From Actinomycetes bacterium (lineage in GTDB: Bacteria; Actinomycetota; Acidimicrobiia; Acidimicrobiales; JAKAOS01), in assembly GCA_021823165.1 (NCBI GenBank), contig JAKAOS010000001.1, positions 4,543 through 68,542 on the forward strand: a stretch of 64,000 bases of DNA, written 5' to 3'. The translations under genes and the position numbers were made by a program. How positions within the stretch are numbered: the first letter of the stretch is position 1; each line of letters begins with the position of its first letter. Below the pieces are notes generated by a model, which was given only the letters and a program-made list of their open reading frames with translations, ran no database searches and was not told the DNA's origin. Below are positions 50,391-58,008 of this stretch, piece after piece.

Positions 50391-51062
50391 ATGGCCAAAG
50401 ACCTGGACAAGGGGAACCGCCGCCGCGTGCCCGAGGAAGGGGAGATCGAGCAGGAAACGGGGGAGGGGTCCTCCTCCGACCCCGAAGCTGGCGAAGCAAC
50501 AATGAAACAGCTCGGCTGGGTAATCGGGCACCACGTGCAGGCACGCAGGACCGAACTCGGCCAGACCGTCAGCCAGGTAGCGGACCGTGCGGGGATATCC
50601 AAGGGGATGCTCTCCAAGATAGAAAACGCCCATACCTCTCCCAGCCTGAGTACCCTTGCCCGCATCGCTGCGGCACTGGACATGCCACTTACTGCTCTTT
50701 TCCGTGGACTGGCGGAAGAAAGGGACGCCGTCTTTGTGAAGGCGGGGGCGGGCCCGGAGATAATCCGCCAGGGCACCAGGGCCGGACATCACTATCGCCT
50801 GCTGGGCAGCCTGCGCGGCCAGGAGCACAAGGTGGAGCCACTTCTGGTAACCCTGGAGGAACCCGCCGAGGTCTTTCCCCTGTTCCAACACAACGGCGTG
50901 GAGATCCTCTACATGCTCCAGGGCGTAATGGATTATGGCTATGGGACCCAGCACTACAGGATGTGCCCGGGCGACACCCTGCAGTTCGAGGGCGACATCA
51001 CCCATGGACCCAGCGCACTGGTCGAGTTACCGATCCGGTTTCTTTCGATCACGATCTTCTGA
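50391..51062 (+). CDS. XRE-HTH plus cupin transcriptional regulator (PuuR-like architecture)
   Basis: HTH 'LGQTVSQVADRAGISKGMLSKIENAHTSPSLSTLARIAAAL' and a C-terminal cupin 'GVEILYMLQG...PGDTLQFEGDITHG'. The start is ambiguous: 50340, 50391 or 50502. Confidence 0.8.
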   Translation: MAKDLDKGNRRRVPEEGEIEQETGEGSSSDPEAGEATMKQLGWVIGHHVQARRTELGQTVSQVADRAGISKGMLSKIENAHTSPSLSTLARIAAALDMPLTALFRGLAEERDAVFVKAGAGPEIIRQGTRAGHHYRLLGSLRGQEHKVEPLLVTLEEPAEVFPLFQHNGVEILYMLQGVMDYGYGTQHYRMCPGDTLQFEGDITHGPSALVELPIRFLSITIF

Positions 51063-51198
51063 GCGAACACCGCCCGGCTTCAACCAGAGCGGGCCGAGCT
51101 GCTCAACCCCGGGCGTTGGCAAACGCTTCACGCCCGCTGAGGGGTCAACTTTGTTTACCCGCGCTCAACCATCACGAAACAAAGCTGAAATCTTAAAT

Positions 51199-51219
51199 AA
51201 ATAGCCTATAGGTAAATAG
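51199..51219. promoter_or_regulatory. AAATAG-CCTATAGG-T-AAATAG element in an AT-rich spacer (candidate operator/promoter)
   Basis: 8-bp perfect palindrome CCTATAGG (51205-51212) flanked by direct AAATAG repeats, ~130 nt upstream of the DUF3445 gene. The row 51181-51240 hand-counts to 19/60 GC. Confidence 0.2.
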
Positions 51220-51341
51220 ATGACACAAGGTCAAACCGTTCTATGAGGCCTACATACTTCACGGCTATTACAGCCTGAGCTGCCGAGTTCTGAATTTGGC
51301 ATTGCGGCCAGGAAGGTTGCTGTTCCACAACGCTCGGGCCG

Positions 51342-52343
51342 GTGTTTGAGGCGACCCGTTCACGACAGGCGAAAGATCCTCCATTGACGATTTCCCAAAG
51401 CTTTCCTTTCCCTTTCGATTCCGACGAATATCGATACAGCATCAATTTGCGGCGGTCCGATGAGGCTCCGGTCGTGGTTGACGACTGGTATCTGGCCGAG
51501 ATAACCGAGCGCCGGTCCCTCCTCGACGAAGCGCACAGCCGCTGTTTCCAGGCCGAACCATGGACGATGCAGGCGCAGTGGGAGGTGCTCAGCTTGTGCC
51601 TCGCCGCCCTGGCGACCCAGGCGCCGGAGCACTTCAGGCTGGATATTCACGGGGAACGATGCGAGTTCGAGAATCGCCTTTCCGGAGAAATCCTCCGTTT
51701 CCGCATGTGGGATGACATGACCCTGGATTGCCAGCCCCTGGACCTCGCCGGCAGACACGTGCAGGAGGACCTCATACTCCTTGCCCAGAGGGAGGACGAC
51801 CTCTTCCTCGATGCCGGATCGGTGTGCTTCCCCGCCAACTGGTCCTTCCCCTTCGACGCAGGCATGAGCTACACCCAGATCCACTCCCCGGTCCCTTACT
51901 TCGGCAAACATTTGGCACCCAAGGCTCAGGCGTTTTTGGAGCGGATCCAGGCCTACGAGCAGTGGCAGCGCCTGAACTGGACCATGACGGTTAAGAGACG
52001 GTTGGATACCTCGGCGGAGAAGTACCACATCTGGCAGCCTGACTCTTTGGGTCTCGATCTCGACAACGTGGGTCGGCTTGTGCATTTGCGGGTCGAGGTC
52101 CAAAAGTTCGTCCGGCTTCCGGTGAGCAACCTCCTTTTGTTCACCATCCATACCTATATGCAGCCACTCGAAGAAATCGTGGGGAATCCAGAGTGGACCA
52201 GCCGGCTGGAGGCGGTGATGGCAAGCCTCCCAGACACCGTCGCAGAGTATAAAGAAATTGCACATTACAAGGATTTAGTTATCCAATACTGTGCAAAGCA
52301 AAGCTATCCCAGTGCCAAAGAGCTGGTCAGCAGGTCCAACTAA
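51342..52343 (+). CDS. DUF3445 / haem-dependent oxidative N-demethylase alpha-subunit-like protein
   Basis: 333-aa ORF. The N-terminal 'FPFPFDSDEYRYSINL' and overall length fit my recollection of DUF3445, and a PDR-type reductase lies in the same operon. The family call is from memory only. Confidence 0.7.
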   Translation: MFEATRSRQAKDPPLTISQSFPFPFDSDEYRYSINLRRSDEAPVVVDDWYLAEITERRSLLDEAHSRCFQAEPWTMQAQWEVLSLCLAALATQAPEHFRLDIHGERCEFENRLSGEILRFRMWDDMTLDCQPLDLAGRHVQEDLILLAQREDDLFLDAGSVCFPANWSFPFDAGMSYTQIHSPVPYFGKHLAPKAQAFLERIQAYEQWQRLNWTMTVKRRLDTSAEKYHIWQPDSLGLDLDNVGRLVHLRVEVQKFVRLPVSNLLLFTIHTYMQPLEEIVGNPEWTSRLEAVMASLPDTVAEYKEIAHYKDLVIQYCAKQSYPSAKELVSRSN

Positions 52344-52425
52344 CACTCCGAGGCGGACTAACACCTCGGGCCGAGTCAACACCTTGGATCCAACTTACAC
52401 CTCGGATCCAACTTACACCTCAGTA
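52336..52425 (+). repeat. Five tandem copies of an 18-nt unit (consensus CCAACTNACACCTCGGAT)
   Basis: Units at 52336, 52354, 52372, 52390 and 52408. The last two share 15 of 18 positions within the unit frame; shifted by 4 nt (52386-52403 and 52404-52421), the two copies are identical over 18 nt. The array starts over the stop codon of the DUF3445 gene. Confidence 0.9.
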
Positions 52426-52479
52426 GGTCTATCAGAACCAAGTGAACCAATCCCCATGTCATTACTAAGAAAGGAGCAG

Positions 52480-52872
52480 ATGATGGAAACCAGCACCATA
52501 GTTGAGGCACCAGGCATAACGCTGCTAAAGGCGGGAACTCTTGGCTTGCATGAACTCGAGGACCGGATGGGCATTCCCGGGTTGCGGTCGCAGATTGCCG
52601 ACATACCGGTGAGCCTGGGGGAGTTACCGCTGACAGCCGGGCGCTTTGCCATGCAGAAGTCCGTCGACTTTCCCTACGTGTATACGTATCTGGAAGTCAA
52701 GGTTGTGGTTACGGGCAAGATCATTGTCCGCGACGAAGCAGGCACGCGTTATGTCGGGGAGCCCGGCGATATCTTTATTTTCCGGCCCACGACCACCGTC
52801 ATATTTGACAAGGAAAGTGACGGCACCGCGGTGTATGTGGGGCATCGCATTCAGGACCCGGACTTTAGCTAG
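52480..52872 (+). CDS. Cupin-domain protein (EutQ-like)
   Basis: AAGGAG (52471-52476) precedes ATGATG. Cupin core 'YTYLEVKVVVTGKIIVRDEAGTRYVGEPGDIFIFRP'. Confidence 0.7.
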   Translation: MMETSTIVEAPGITLLKAGTLGLHELEDRMGIPGLRSQIADIPVSLGELPLTAGRFAMQKSVDFPYVYTYLEVKVVVTGKIIVRDEAGTRYVGEPGDIFIFRPTTTVIFDKESDGTAVYVGHRIQDPDFS

Positions 52873-52898
52873 ATCGTCGCCGGCCAGAGGATTCAGAC

Positions 52899-53474
52899 AT
52901 GACTCGCGATCTGACAACGGGGGAGACCCTGGCTGGACGGATTGAAAAGGTCCAGTTTCAGGCCGAAGAACCTCTGATTGTTTGTTTTTCGGACAGACTC
53001 GGAGGTTCTTCGGAACAGTTGCGCTCTGGCGGGCTGAGCCTGGGTGGGTCTTTGGCCACCGTGGGTTTGGCAGATCTAGATTGGCGCAGCTGTGCCGAAT
53101 CCATAGAGCCGGTGGCTGAAGCCCTTGGCCGCCTTGTCATGGGGACGAGGCTGATCTTGGCAACGGGGCCCGACTGGGCCTGCCTGCTGGAGGAGGCCGC
53201 CATGGTCGGCGGGTTCGATCTGGGAATGATCGAACGGAGCGAAGAGGGCGATTCTTCCCTTCGGATCTACTGCGCGCCATGTTCCTCAGTGGTTTGCCAA
53301 ACAGAGTTGGCCAAGGGCCAAAGGCGGTTGCAGTGCATATCGTGTGGATCCTGGATCGAGGTGTCTGGCCACTACTCCCGGCGTTTACGGGCCTATTTGG
53401 CCGTGGGCGTTCCCATGTTGGTAGATGAGAGACAAGCGTTGGTGGCGGGCCCGAAGTCCATGGCAAAGACGTGA
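52899..53474 (+). CDS. DmmA-like protein: degenerate FNR-type NAD domain plus C-terminal CxxC-X17-CxxC ribbon
   Basis: 'GTRLILATGPDWACLLEEAAMVGG' resembles the GP-containing NAD-domain end of ferredoxin reductases. It also has 'CAPC...CISC'. The family name is recalled, not verified. Confidence 0.55.
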   Translation: MTRDLTTGETLAGRIEKVQFQAEEPLIVCFSDRLGGSSEQLRSGGLSLGGSLATVGLADLDWRSCAESIEPVAEALGRLVMGTRLILATGPDWACLLEEAAMVGGFDLGMIERSEEGDSSLRIYCAPCSSVVCQTELAKGQRRLQCISCGSWIEVSGHYSRRLRAYLAVGVPMLVDERQALVAGPKSMAKT

Positions 53475-54439
53475 GGGCAAATCGGCCAGCCACCCAACGG
53501 CTCCGCATCGTAGGCCTGGGGAGCGAAGGTTCTGTTGTAAGGCTTGTGCATCTGGAGAGGGTGGGCAAAGAGCCCGTGGCGGCATTCGGCCCAGGTGCCC
53601 ACATAACAACCGAACTGCCCACCGACCAGGGAGTGCTTCGCCGGTCGTATTCCTTGACGGGGGATCCGAGGGCCACCAAGACGTACTCCATAGCCGTTGC
53701 CCGCTCTACTGCATCCGACGGTGGTGCCGCGTTTTGGCATCGGAGGGCTCGCGTCGGTGACGTCATCGAGGCGAGTTTGCCCCGCAACCAGTTTTCCCTG
53801 GCCCCAAAGGCCACCCATCACATTTTCTTGGCGGGCGGGATTGGCATCACGCCGTTTATCCCAATGCTATATCAGCTGCGCCAACAGAAGCGTTCGGCAG
53901 AACTGCACTATATGGCTCGCACCAAACAAGAAGCGGCCTTTAGGTCTCTGCTGGAACGCGAGTTCGGCGACCAGACCACGATCTACTTCACAAGGGAGGG
54001 CGCAAGCGACAGGTTTGATGCCGCGGGACTTAAGAAGGCTCCGATAGGTTCCCATCTCTATCTCTGTGGGCCACGAGGAATGGTTGACGCCTATCGGCTA
54101 AAGGCATTCGAGGTCGGGTTCCCAGATACCAGGGTGCATCGAGAACTGTTTCAAGCCGGCCAAGCCGGGACGGGTAAAGCATTTACGGCTCATCTTGCCA
54201 AGAGCAACAAAACTATTGCCGTCGGTGAGAAAGAAACATTGCTCGATGCAATCGAACGGGAGGGGGTTGAGATCCCGAGTTCGTGCAGGATCGGCGGATG
54301 CGGAAGCTGCCTCGTAGAGGTGCTGGAGGGAGCGCCGGATCATCGGGATGACTACTTCTCTAAGGGCGATAGGAGCGATCAGCAGATTCTTCCGTGCGTA
54401 TCCCGCACGTCGGGTGATTTGTTGGTTCTCAATATCTGA
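53471..54439 (+). CDS. PDR/VanB-type oxidoreductase (flavin + NAD(P)H + plant-type 2Fe-2S)
   Basis: 'RRSYSL', 'LAGGIGITPF', 'LYLCGPRGM' and a C-terminal 'CRIGGCGSCLVEV...LPCVS'. GTGA overlap with the upstream gene. Confidence 0.88.
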   Translation: MRANRPATQRLRIVGLGSEGSVVRLVHLERVGKEPVAAFGPGAHITTELPTDQGVLRRSYSLTGDPRATKTYSIAVARSTASDGGAAFWHRRARVGDVIEASLPRNQFSLAPKATHHIFLAGGIGITPFIPMLYQLRQQKRSAELHYMARTKQEAAFRSLLEREFGDQTTIYFTREGASDRFDAAGLKKAPIGSHLYLCGPRGMVDAYRLKAFEVGFPDTRVHRELFQAGQAGTGKAFTAHLAKSNKTIAVGEKETLLDAIEREGVEIPSSCRIGGCGSCLVEVLEGAPDHRDDYFSKGDRSDQQILPCVSRTSGDLLVLNI

Positions 54440-54589
54440 ATAGCACTTCATTTCAATCTCACCAGCCACGTTAGGAACTGAAACGAGTGGACCGGTGGTT
54501 TGTATCGGTCAGATCCCCATGGGAACTGACATTTAGACGTAACTGATATCCGACAGGTGGCTCAGTAATTATCGAGAGGGTGATATGCC

Positions 54590-56056
54590 ATGATGGAAAG
54601 CGAACTCCTCCGAGAACGGGAGGAAAAGGAGCATTATAAACGAACGCTTGTCAAAAGCGTGCGTTGGTATGACGGGGTGATCCTCATAGGCTTCGGCGTG
54701 CCTGGTCTGCTGTATCCGAGCGTGGGTTCCTCCGTGGTCGCCCTGGGGGCACTTGGGGCGGCTGTGGTCTGGGCCCTGTCGGCAATAATCGGTAAGTTCC
54801 AGGCCAACATGGTCTCGGAAGTAGCCGCGATGTTCCCCGAAAAAAGCGGCGGCATCGGGATATTGGCATCCGAGGGAATCAGCAGGTATGGCAAGCCTTT
54901 TGGTGCGCTGGCGGCCTTTGCCTACTGGTTCGGTTGGACCATTGTCATGGCCATCAACGGCGTGTTGGTGGGCGACTACATCAAGGCGACGATCTGGCCA
55001 TCGGCCTCGCCCGAGTTGCTGGGCACCGTGATGCTGGTGCTGCTCTACCTCTTCAACGTCTATGGCCTCAAGCCCGGCGTCTGGGCGGGGTATGCACTTG
55101 GGGTGGCCACGGTTGTCCCGATGGGGCTGATGATCGTCGGGGCGTTCTTCGGAGGGTCCTTCCACTGGGGTCATCTGGCCCAGGTCGCCCTACCCAATCA
55201 CATCGGCTGGACGTCGATGAAGGGATTGGGAGTGGTGCTTACGTGGATGTTCATTGTGGGGTGGAGCGCATATGGCACAGAGGCGGCGGCCACTCTCGCT
55301 CCGGAATACCACGACACCGTCCGGGATACGCCCAAGGCGCTGCGGGGTTCGGCGACCATAAGCATGGCCTTTTACGTGCTGATGCCCCTTGCGGCCGTCG
55401 GCGTACTCGGCATTAGCCAGATCCAGAAGAGCCCCTATACCGCATTTGCTCCCATGCTGGACAAGATCCTGGGCCCCGCTGCGGGTGGGGTGGTGATCAT
55501 AACGGTGCTGGCGTCTTTGGTGCTGTCGGCAAACCTGGCCACCATCGGTGGGTCCCGCACGCTTTACCAGGCGGCAAGGGATCGTCACATCCTTACGATC
55601 TTTGGGTACGTAAACAAGCGGGGGATCCCCGCCGCGGGCATGACGCTGGACCTGATCGTCAATGTTGCCTTCATCTGGGCACTGAAGAACCCCATTGCGA
55701 TCCTGGTTGCCTCCAACGTCGGCTACTTCGTGGCATGGATCTTGATGCTCGTATCCTTCGTGCTGCTGCGCAGGGACCGTAAGGACGTTGCGAGGCCGAT
55801 CAAGCTGAAGCCGGCGTGGGTCGGTGGAGGGGTGCTGCTGATCGCTTTGAACACCGTGTTCCTTATCGTGGGTGCGCCCTCCTATGGCGCCGGGCCCCTC
55901 CTGTTGGGTGTGGGCGTCCTGGCCCTGTCGATTGTGATGTGGGCGGTGCGCAACTACTTCGAGGAGCCTCGGAGAATGAAGCGGGCCACCCGGGTGCAGT
56001 GGGATACTCCCGATTCGGAGATCAACATCGAAGACGCCGGAGCCGAGGCCTCGTGA
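54590..56056 (+). CDS. APC-superfamily amino acid/amine permease
   Basis: 488-aa ORF with ~12 TM segments and APC-like segments 'VSEVAAMFPEKSGGIG' and 'FAYWFGW'. Confidence 0.85.
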   Translation: MMESELLREREEKEHYKRTLVKSVRWYDGVILIGFGVPGLLYPSVGSSVVALGALGAAVVWALSAIIGKFQANMVSEVAAMFPEKSGGIGILASEGISRYGKPFGALAAFAYWFGWTIVMAINGVLVGDYIKATIWPSASPELLGTVMLVLLYLFNVYGLKPGVWAGYALGVATVVPMGLMIVGAFFGGSFHWGHLAQVALPNHIGWTSMKGLGVVLTWMFIVGWSAYGTEAAATLAPEYHDTVRDTPKALRGSATISMAFYVLMPLAAVGVLGISQIQKSPYTAFAPMLDKILGPAAGGVVIITVLASLVLSANLATIGGSRTLYQAARDRHILTIFGYVNKRGIPAAGMTLDLIVNVAFIWALKNPIAILVASNVGYFVAWILMLVSFVLLRRDRKDVARPIKLKPAWVGGGVLLIALNTVFLIVGAPSYGAGPLLLGVGVLALSIVMWAVRNYFEEPRRMKRATRVQWDTPDSEINIEDAGAEAS

Positions 56057-57246
56057 ACAGAGCCGTGGTTGGGTCTTTGGATGATGTCCGAAGGGTCTGT
56101 CACGAAGTTGGCCAGGAGGTTCTGGAACCCGCAAGGGCCGAGACCGACGCCGGGGTTTATCCCCGGCGCGGCTTGGCCGCCCTGGCCTCGGTCGGGATGG
56201 GGGCCATAACGGTAGGGGAGGAGTATGGGGGGCTTGGCCTTTCATACGAAGCCTTTACCGCAGCCGTAGAGGTGATTGCCTCCTACTGCGCGTCCACGGC
56301 GATGGTCTATGTGATGCACACCGGAGCCGTGGAAAGGGTCAAGCTGGCGGGCAGCGACTCCCAGAAGGCGACGTATCTGGCTGGGGCCTCGGAGGGTCGG
56401 ATCGGTTCGCTGGCATTCAGCGAGCCAGGCACCGGGGGCCACTTCTGGTACTGCACGAGCCAGGCCGCCCGCGATGGCGACGGCTACGTGTTGGTCGCAG
56501 ACAAGTCCTTTGTCACCTCTGCCGGTGAGGCGGACTGGTATGTGATGCAGACCCGTTCGCCCGACTCCGATGCTCCCGAAAACATGTCCTACTTCTTGAT
56601 AGATGGTGGCTCACCGGGCATCAATACTCCCTTTCCCTGGGACGCTTTGGGCCTGCGGGGCAACTCATCGGGGCCGATGCGCTTTGAGGATGTGAGGGTG
56701 AAAGAGGAGGCGGTGCTCGGGAACCACGGCGATGCCGCCTACTGGAATGACAACGCAGTCGATCCGGTGTTCCTCTTGGGCTCCAGCGCCTGTTGGTTGG
56801 GCATCGCTACCGGTGCCTTTGAACGGGCGGTGGAGCACACCAAACGCACGGTGCACAAGGACTTCAATCACAGCATCGGCGAGTACCAGGTGGTGCGCTC
56901 CTATGTGGCAGACATGTCGGTAAAGGTGGCGGCGGCCAGGGCCCTGACCTACGAGGTTGCCAGGGCCCTGGATGGCTTCGATCGCGCCGGCCAACCCTTG
57001 GGGTCCGACCTGGAGGCTTTGTGGCGACTGAAGATCCTTACCTCCAAAACCGTAATAGAGGTCACCAACCTGGCCCTTCAGGTGTCCGGTGGCCGCGGCT
57101 ACCGCCGGGGCGCCATCGAGCAGGCCTACAGGGACGGCCGGGCGGGGGCGATCATGGGGCCCACCAACGAGATGTGTGCCGAGTGGATTGCCAAGACGGC
57201 CCTGGATATGCCCCTTGGCTACTGGTATGAGGGCAAGGACGTCTAA
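56053..57246 (+). CDS. Acyl-CoA-dehydrogenase-fold flavoprotein lacking the canonical C-terminal catalytic Glu
   Basis: ACAD pattern with 'GLSYEAF', 'GSLAFSEPGTGG', 'KSFVTSAG' and 'LQVSGGRGY'. The 'IYEGT' position reads 'IMGPT'. GTGA overlap with the permease stop. Confidence 0.85.
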   Translation: MNRAVVGSLDDVRRVCHEVGQEVLEPARAETDAGVYPRRGLAALASVGMGAITVGEEYGGLGLSYEAFTAAVEVIASYCASTAMVYVMHTGAVERVKLAGSDSQKATYLAGASEGRIGSLAFSEPGTGGHFWYCTSQAARDGDGYVLVADKSFVTSAGEADWYVMQTRSPDSDAPENMSYFLIDGGSPGINTPFPWDALGLRGNSSGPMRFEDVRVKEEAVLGNHGDAAYWNDNAVDPVFLLGSSACWLGIATGAFERAVEHTKRTVHKDFNHSIGEYQVVRSYVADMSVKVAAARALTYEVARALDGFDRAGQPLGSDLEALWRLKILTSKTVIEVTNLALQVSGGRGYRRGAIEQAYRDGRAGAIMGPTNEMCAEWIAKTALDMPLGYWYEGKDV

Positions 57247-57264
57247 AGGTGAAAGACACCTAGG

Positions 57265-57969
57265 GTGTCCAAAGACCCAGGCGCCAATCCAGTTGTGCCC
57301 AAAGGGAACCGATGGGCCGCCGATGGTGGCTTTGTGGACCTGACTCGCCCGGTGACCGAGGACATGGCCACATATCCCGGCGAACCTCCGGTAATGCTTC
57401 GCAGGTTGTACAACGGCCCCTTTGTCTCTTTCGAGATCTCTCTGTCCTCGCATGCCGGAACCAGCCTCGACACGCCGCTGCATGTGCAGCCCGATGGGGG
57501 AAAGAGCCTGGGCGCCTACGAAGTTTCCCGCTTCATCCTGGCTGCCACGGTCGCGCATCTGGATTTGGGCATGGACGAGGTGATCGACAAAGCCGCCATC
57601 TCGGGGGCACTCATGGGTGGCGCCGGTGCTGGGAGCCGGCCGGGGCGGTGTTTGTTGATCGATACCGGATGGGCCCGGCATTGGGGATCCCCCCGGTATT
57701 GGCGGCACCCATTTCTGGGACAGGATGCCGCCATGGCGATTGCCGAAAGCGATATTTCCCTGGTCGGCATCGACACCCCCAACGTCGATTCGACCATGCA
57801 AAACAAAAGCGTGGTCCACCGTGTGCTTTTGGGGGCCGACGTGTTGGTGGTGGAGAATCTTTGCAACCTGGACCTCTTGGACGGCAGCGGCCGGTCCTGG
57901 ACCCTTGCCTGCCTGCCGCTGTCGGTGCCATCCGCCGATGGCTCACCGGTCAGGGCGGTGGCCTGGTGA
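57265..57969 (+). CDS. Cyclase-family protein (kynurenine-formamidase-like fold)
   Basis: 'SSHAGTSLDTPLH' is a variant of HxGTHxDxPxH. Also 'IDTGW', 'LVGIDTPNVD' and 'VVENLCNLD'. Confidence 0.8.
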   Translation: MSKDPGANPVVPKGNRWAADGGFVDLTRPVTEDMATYPGEPPVMLRRLYNGPFVSFEISLSSHAGTSLDTPLHVQPDGGKSLGAYEVSRFILAATVAHLDLGMDEVIDKAAISGALMGGAGAGSRPGRCLLIDTGWARHWGSPRYWRHPFLGQDAAMAIAESDISLVGIDTPNVDSTMQNKSVVHRVLLGADVLVVENLCNLDLLDGSGRSWTLACLPLSVPSADGSPVRAVAW

Positions 57970-58008
57970 GGCGGCCATAGCCGCCCACCTGGTGAGCGGA
58001 ACCAGGGC

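Noticed and set aside
52291-52479. Long form of the cupin ORF, which would translate the 18-nt repeats as 'TNTPRRTNTSGR...'.
   Set aside because: It would start inside the DUF3445 gene, and it has no SD sequence. A strong AAGGAG-ATGATG sits at 52471-52485, at the point where the cupin homology begins.
51063-58008. Mobile-element call for the low-GC island.
   Set aside because: No integrase, transposase or recombinase gene, no tRNA attachment site and no flanking direct or inverted repeats were found. Only the compositional evidence is reported.
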